Shown here: piece by piece, positions 58,668 to 64,000 of the stretch | How the letters are laid out: each line of letters opens with the position of its first letter | Numbering within the stretch: the first letter of the stretch is position 1 | Assembly: GCA_903822495.1 (NCBI GenBank) | Contig: CAIJPD010000043.1 | Location: 46 to 64,045, forward strand | Direction of reading: 5' to 3' | DNA: 64,000 nt | From: an uncultured Chloroflexota bacterium | GTDB taxonomy: Bacteria > Chloroflexota > Limnocylindria > Limnocylindrales > CSP1-4 | Position numbers and translations under genes: made by a program | The notes under the pieces: generated by a model | Seen by the model: only the letters and a program-made list of their open reading frames with translations | What the model was told of the DNA's origin: nothing | Databases searched by the model: none

Positions 58668-60331
58668 GAGCCGTCCCGTCCGCCGGCGCGAGCGCCGGCC
58701 ACGGCCGGGCCTTCGATCGCTGCCTGGCGTTGGTGCGCCGTGGCGTCACGCCCCGACGCGACGGCGACGGGCTCATCGGCAACGATCCAGCCCTCGGCCA
58801 TCTCGATCCGACGGTCCGCGAAGTCGGCGACCAGCCGCTCGTCGTGCGTGACCGCGATCACCGCCGCCCCATCGTCGATCCGCTCGCGCAGGATCTGCAG
58901 CAGCGCCTCGTAGCCGCGTCGATCCTGCCCGTACGTGGGCTCATCCAGGACCAGCAGGGATGGCCGTCGGACGAGGGTGGCGGCCAGGGAGAGCCGGCGC
59001 GCCTCTCCGCCGGAGAGGCGGTAGGGGCTGCGTTGCCCAAACGCCGCCGGTGGCAGCCCCAGTCGCTCCAGCATCGTCTCCGCGTCGCCGACTCGCGCCG
59101 CAGGCAGCCCCGCGCGAACCTCGTCGATCACGCGTTCGGCGATGAAGCCAAGGTCGGGGTCCTGGAAGATGTAGCCGGCGTCGCGCGCGAGCGCTCGCGC
59201 CGGCAGGCGGGCCGGATCCTGTCCCGCGAGGCGGACCCGGCCGTACCACGGCCGGAGCAGGCCCACCAGGAGCCGTCCCAGCGTGGACTTGCCGCTCCCG
59301 TTCGGGCCCACCAGCACCACCCGCTCGCCCGCGCGAACCGCGAGGGTCGCCTCCCGCACGATGGGCTCGTGCGGGGCGTAGCCGAAGATGACCTGGTCAG
59401 CGAGGACGAGTGGGACGCCCGAACCGGAAGCGATGGCCGCGCTGCCGACGCCAGCGGGCCAGCCACGCCCCCCGGCGGTGGGCGCTGCCGGCACCCGCGA
59501 CAGGGCCGTCTCGACCGATCGCGGCAGCCAGATTCCCTCGGCGCGCAGCCGCTCGCCCGAACGGGCGACCACGTCGTCCGGCGTCCCGTAGTCGATCGGC
59601 GACCCGTCCCGTCCCAGCGCCAGCACGCGGTCCGCCAGCGGCCAGGCCGCCTCCACGCGGTGCTCGATGAGGACGATCGTCGCCAACCGGCGCTCCCGGA
59701 TCTCGTGGAGCAGCCCGAACACGGCCTGCGTCCCGGCCGGGTCCAGGTTGGCGGTGGGCTCGTCCAGCACCAGCACACCGGGTCGTGCGGCCAGGACCCC
59801 CGCCAGCGCGAGGCGCTGCTGCTGCCCGCCGGAGAGCATGTTGGGCCGACGACGCCCCAGGCCCGCCAGGCCGACCTGGGCCAGGACATCGGGGACGCGC
59901 GCCCGCATCGCCTCGACCGGCCAGGCGCGGTTCTCCAGGCCGAAGGCCACGTCGTCCTCGACACGGTCCATGATCAGCTGGCTGCCGGGGTCCTGGAAGA
60001 CGATGCCCACCACCCCGGCCAGGGCGGCGCGCTCGGTCGTCGGCAGGTCCAGGTCGCCGACCCGGAGCGTGCCGGACCACTCCCCCGGGAAGTCGCCCGG
60101 CACCAGTCCCGCGATGGCGCGGCCGAGCGTGCTCTTGCCGGACCCGGATGCACCGACGATCAGCAGGGCCTCGCCCGGGCCCACCTCAAACGAGACGTCG
60201 CGGAGCGTGGGTCGCGATGCCCCGCCGTACGTGAACGCGAGGTCGCGCGCCCGGATCGCCGCGGGCGCGCCTTCGACCGCCAGGTCAGCCCGCCCTGGCG
60301 CCCCGCGGGACGGGCCCGCCGGGGAAGCCAT
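58664..60331 (-). CDS. ECF transporter dual ATPase (YkoD-like)
   Basis: Two Walker A motifs ([16 protein letters not shown]), LSGGQQQ/LSGGEAR and DEPT. The true start may be slightly downstream. Confidence 0.9.
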   Translation of the reverse strand: MASPAGPSRGAPGRADLAVEGAPAAIRARDLAFTYGGASRPTLRDVSFEVGPGEALLIVGASGSGKSTLGRAIAGLVPGDFPGEWSGTLRVGDLDLPTTERAALAGVVGIVFQDPGSQLIMDRVEDDVAFGLENRAWPVEAMRARVPDVLAQVGLAGLGRRRPNMLSGGQQQRLALAGVLAARPGVLVLDEPTANLDPAGTQAVFGLLHEIRERRLATIVLIEHRVEAAWPLADRVLALGRDGSPIDYGTPDDVVARSGERLRAEGIWLPRSVETALSRVPAAPTAGGRGWPAGVGSAAIASGSGVPLVLADQVIFGYAPHEPIVREATLAVRAGERVVLVGPNGSGKSTLGRLLVGLLRPWYGRVRLAGQDPARLPARALARDAGYIFQDPDLGFIAERVIDEVRAGLPAARVGDAETMLERLGLPPAAFGQRSPYRLSGGEARRLSLAATLVRRPSLLVLDEPTYGQDRRGYEALLQILRERIDDGAAVIAVTHDERLVADFADRRIEMAEGWIVADEPVAVASGRDATAHQRQAAIEGPAVAGARAGGRDGS

Positions 60332-60911
60332 CGAGGACGCCCGCCTGGCCCAGGGAGCGGGCGAGGAGCATGGAGCCGCCGGCCACGAAGATCACCGCCG
60401 AGACGGCCATGGCGATGCCGCGCAGGACCTGGATATCGGTCGAGACGTCGGAGTAGTACAGGAGCCAGTCATGGCCCCAGGCCGCGACGGCGCTCAGCAC
60501 GGCCGCGCCGGCGATGGTCGGGAAGGACCAGTTGCGGTAGCGGGTCGCCTCAAAGACCACCTCGGCGCCAAGGCCCTGGAGCGCGCCGGACAGGAGGGCA
60601 TCGACACCCCACTGGCTGCCGAGGTAGGCCGAGACGCCGGCAGCAACCAGCTCGGCGAAGAGCGCCGCACCGGGCTTGCGCACGATGACGGGGGCGAGGA
60701 CCGCCGGGATGAGCCAGACGCCATACAGGACGTCCCTGGCCCAGGGGGCGGCGGCGAAGATGGGCTCGGCCGCGCCGTAGACCACGCTCCAGGCCCAGAA
60801 CACGACACCGAAGGCGACGCCGATGATCGCGGTGATCACGATGTCGCGGGTCCGCCAGCCCGGGGACGCACCGCCGGCCGATGGGCCGGACGCAAAGCTG
60901 GATCCACTCAT
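60285..60911 (-). CDS. ECF S component for thiamine/HMP (YkoE-like)
   Basis: WRTRDIV and [10 protein letters not shown]; lies downstream of a TPP riboswitch. Confidence 0.9.
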   Translation of the reverse strand: MSGSSFASGPSAGGASPGWRTRDIVITAIIGVAFGVVFWAWSVVYGAAEPIFAAAPWARDVLYGVWLIPAVLAPVIVRKPGAALFAELVAAGVSAYLGSQWGVDALLSGALQGLGAEVVFEATRYRNWSFPTIAGAAVLSAVAAWGHDWLLYYSDVSTDIQVLRGIAMAVSAVIFVAGGSMLLARSLGQAGVLDGFPGGPVPRGARAG

Positions 60912-60977
60912 CCCAGGAAATCCTCCGAACATCCCGACCGCTGCGCCTCCATGACAACGGGGACGACCAAGTCGACT

Positions 60978-61070
60978 GGCCTGCTTCCTACGCCGGTGTT
61001 AGCCGGATCAGGTTCCGCGGGTCTGTGGGACGGTTCCACACTCTCAGCGCACGAGCGCTCCCCGGAGGCG
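60978..61070 (-). promoter_or_regulatory. TPP riboswitch
   Basis: Minus strand GGGGAGCGC...GCGCTGAGA...GACCCGCGGAACCTGATCCGGCTAACACCGGCGTAGGAAG matches the TPP consensus. Confidence 0.95.
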
Positions 61071-61188
61071 ATATTCGGTTGTCGCGGGATCTTAGCACCG
61101 GCCGCCGGCGGCCCGAGGGCGGTTGGGCGACTCGTGCCTGCCCCGGGCTGGTGGCGTGCGATTCCGATTGCGCCAGTACCATCGGAGC

Positions 61189-62058
61189 ATGCCCGGATGG
61201 ATCGAAGTCGGTGAGCGCGTCTTCGTGCGGCGCTATGCCTTCCTCGACCAGGCCGTCGGACTGATCGTGGGCGAGCGGGAGGCGCTGCTCGTCGACACCC
61301 GGTCCACCATGGTCCAGGCCCAGGAGCTCCTGCGCGACATCGCCCAGGTGACCCGTCTGCCCGTATCGCACGTCGTCAACACCCACGGCCACGCCGACCA
61401 CGCGTTTGGCAACGCCGCCTTCCGACCCGCCGCCATCTGGGCGCACGCCCGCTGCCCCGCCTTCCTGCGGCGGACCGCCCCGGACCAGTGGGAGTGGCTG
61501 CGCGAGACCCACCCGACCCTTGCCGACGAGCTGGCCTGGGAGCACGGCACCGGCGAGCCCGGCTGGACGCCGAGCCTGCCGGACCACCTGGTTGCCGAGA
61601 GCGCGCTGATCGACCTGGGCGGCCGGGCGGTGGAGCTCCGGTACCTTGGCCGCGGCCACACCGATCACGATCTGGTCGTCATCGCCCCCGATGCCGGGGT
61701 CGTCTTCGTGGGTGACCTGCTCGAGAACGGGGCGCCGCCGCAGTTCGACGACGGGTTCCCGCTGGACTGGCCGGGAACGCTCCTGGCGCTGCTCGCGATC
61801 GTGGAGCGTGCGCCGCTGGCCGGCGGCGAGTGGACCGTGGTCCCTGGCCACGGCGATCCGGCGGGCGTGGGCTTCGTGCGCGACCAGGCGGCGCTGCTCG
61901 ACCTGATCGCCAGCCTGGGCCGGGCCATCAACACGGGGCAGATGCTGATGGAGGACGCCATCGAGCTGCTCCCGTTCGCAGACGAGCATCCGGACCTCGC
62001 CCAGGGCGCGTTCGAGCGAACGCTCGAGCAGCTGCGTGGAGAGCTGACGCTCGACTGA
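61189..62058 (+). CDS. MBL-fold metallo-hydrolase
   Basis: [17 protein letters not shown] and VPGHG. Confidence 0.9.
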   Translation: MPGWIEVGERVFVRRYAFLDQAVGLIVGEREALLVDTRSTMVQAQELLRDIAQVTRLPVSHVVNTHGHADHAFGNAAFRPAAIWAHARCPAFLRRTAPDQWEWLRETHPTLADELAWEHGTGEPGWTPSLPDHLVAESALIDLGGRAVELRYLGRGHTDHDLVVIAPDAGVVFVGDLLENGAPPQFDDGFPLDWPGTLLALLAIVERAPLAGGEWTVVPGHGDPAGVGFVRDQAALLDLIASLGRAINTGQMLMEDAIELLPFADEHPDLAQGAFERTLEQLRGELTLD

Positions 62059-62124
62059 GCGGGCGGGCGGCGACGCTCCGCACGATGCGACGGCTCCGAC
62101 CCGGACCCGGGTCAGGACGCCCCG

Positions 62125-63138
62125 CTACTCCCCGTCCCGCACCCGGACCACCCAGCGCCCACGCGCGCCGCCGGCCAGGATCGAGGCAATCGCGGGCTCC
62201 AGCGTGTCGAGCGTCACCTCCGTCACCCGCTCCCCCAGCGATCGCGGCCGGAGGTCCGCCGGGTCGGCCATCCGTGCCCAGAGGACGCGCCGCTCCGCGA
62301 TCTCCATGTAGGCCGAGTCGATCCCCAGCAGCGCCACGCCCCGCAGGATGAACGGGAAGACGGTGGTTGCCAGCGCCGCCCCGCCGGCGTTGCCGGAGAG
62401 CGCCAGCGCTCCGCCCCGTCGCAGCGACCGCAGCCCGTATGCCAGCGTCGCGGCGCCCACCGAGTCCACCACGGCGGCCCAGCGCTCCTTCTCCAGCGGC
62501 GGCCCATCCGCGCGGGCATCGTCCCGGCCCAGGAACCCCGCCGCCCCCAGGCCCCGGAGCCAGTCGTGCTCATCCGCCTTGCCGGTGAGGGCCCAGACCT
62601 CGTAGCCACGCCCTGCCAGCATCGAGACCGCGTGGCTCCCCACCCCGCCCGTCGCCCCGGTGACCAGCACCGGACCGTGCTCGGGCCGCAGCCCGCGATC
62701 CTCCAGCCGCTTGACCGAGAGTGCCGCCGTGAACCCGGCGGTCCCCAGCACCATCGCCTCGCGCAGGGTCATCCCCGCCGGCAGCGGCACCACCCAGGCC
62801 GCGGGCACGCGCGCGAAGTCCGCGTATCCCCCGTGCCGCGCGACGCCCAGGTCGTAGCCGTGGGCGACGACCTCCTGGCCGACGCGGAACGCCGGGTCGG
62901 CCGACGAGATCACCTCGCCGGCCAGGTCGATCCCGGGCACCAGCGGCGACGTCCGCGCAACCTTGCCGTCGAAGCGGGTGGCCAGCGCGTCCTTGTAGTT
63001 GACGTCGGACCAGTGGACGCGGATCTCCACCTCGCCGGACGGGAGGTCGGCCGGCGCCAACGTTCGAACGCCGGCGTCCACCCGGTCGCCCAGGCGTTCG
63101 GCGACATAGGCCCTGAAGGTCGTCGGGATGGCGCTCAT
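62125..63138 (-). CDS. acuI: Acrylyl-CoA reductase AcuI/YhdH-family oxidoreductase
   Basis: VNYKDALA, PGIDLAG, GTAGFTA, GATGGVG and PFILRGV. Confidence 0.85.
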   Translation of the reverse strand: MSAIPTTFRAYVAERLGDRVDAGVRTLAPADLPSGEVEIRVHWSDVNYKDALATRFDGKVARTSPLVPGIDLAGEVISSADPAFRVGQEVVAHGYDLGVARHGGYADFARVPAAWVVPLPAGMTLREAMVLGTAGFTAALSVKRLEDRGLRPEHGPVLVTGATGGVGSHAVSMLAGRGYEVWALTGKADEHDWLRGLGAAGFLGRDDARADGPPLEKERWAAVVDSVGAATLAYGLRSLRRGGALALSGNAGGAALATTVFPFILRGVALLGIDSAYMEIAERRVLWARMADPADLRPRSLGERVTEVTLDTLEPAIASILAGGARGRWVVRVRDGE

Positions 63139-63207
63139 GGGCCGATCCTACGCCCAATCGGAACCCGGTTGACGTGGAGCCACCGCGTCCCGCACCATAT
63201 CCGCGCT

Positions 63208-63279
63208 GTGAACCACACGTCACTCTCCTGGTCCATGTGTATGCGCTGGCGGCCCCGCCGTACGGAGGATGGGGCCTGA
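63208..63279 (+). CDS. Putative Met/Cys-sensing leader peptide (M/V)NHTSLSWSMCMRWRPRRTEDGA
   Basis: GTG at 63208 lies just after a TTGACG/CACCAT promoter-like element. Codons ATG-TGT-ATG; TGA at 63277-63279; upstream of a terminator and metY. Confidence 0.5.
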   Translation: MNHTSLSWSMCMRWRPRRTEDGA

Positions 63280-63325
63280 GATCCCGCGCACCACGTCGGA
63301 GCAGCGGGACGACAGGCTAGGTCCC

Positions 63326-63366
63326 GGGGCCGCGGATCCACGAAGGATGCCGCGGCTTTCTTGTTT
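63326..63366 (+). terminator. Attenuator-type intrinsic terminator in the metY leader
   Basis: GCCGCGG-ATCC-ACGAA-GGAT-G-CCGCGGC followed by TTTCTTGTTT. Confidence 0.75.
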
Positions 63367-63454
63367 CCTCCGGCAGATGCGACGGGTGACCGCCAGCGAC
63401 CACAAGCCCTCCCAGGGCCCGGGACCGCACATTGCACGCAGCTTGACCGCCTGA

Positions 63455-64000
<546 letters not shown>

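Overview
High-GC bacterial chromosomal window. Gene content and protein style suggest Chloroflexota, possibly Limnocylindria (inference only). The housekeeping genes include tRNA-Glu(CTC), a LacI-regulated maltodextrin-type ABC system, a sortase-like protein, a SufR-like regulator, an adenosine deaminase homolog, a polar amino-acid ABC system, plsY, nnrE, mutY, a TPP-riboswitch ECF transporter, acuI and a partial metY. The main feature is a ~29 kb translationally coupled hybrid NRPS/type I PKS cluster (about 19.9-48.6 kb, minus strand). It sits inside a branched-chain 2-oxoacid dehydrogenase-like operon, between E1-beta and E2/lipA. Its architecture is FAAL-ACP-C-A(Gly)-PCP / KS-AT-DH-KR-ACP / KS-AT-KR-ACP / KS-(AT-less)-ACP-C-FkbH-ACP / KS-AT-KR(inactive)-ACP, followed by a standalone TE, an Sfp PPTase and a 4-EF-hand protein. 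It predicts an N-acylglycine-polyketide joined to a ketide-extended glycerate, with no evident exporter, regulator or tailoring genes. Other candidates are a Met/Cys leader-peptide attenuator before metY, an RBS-sequestering leader before a zinc-ribbon gene, and a nucleophile-less alpha/beta hydrolase.
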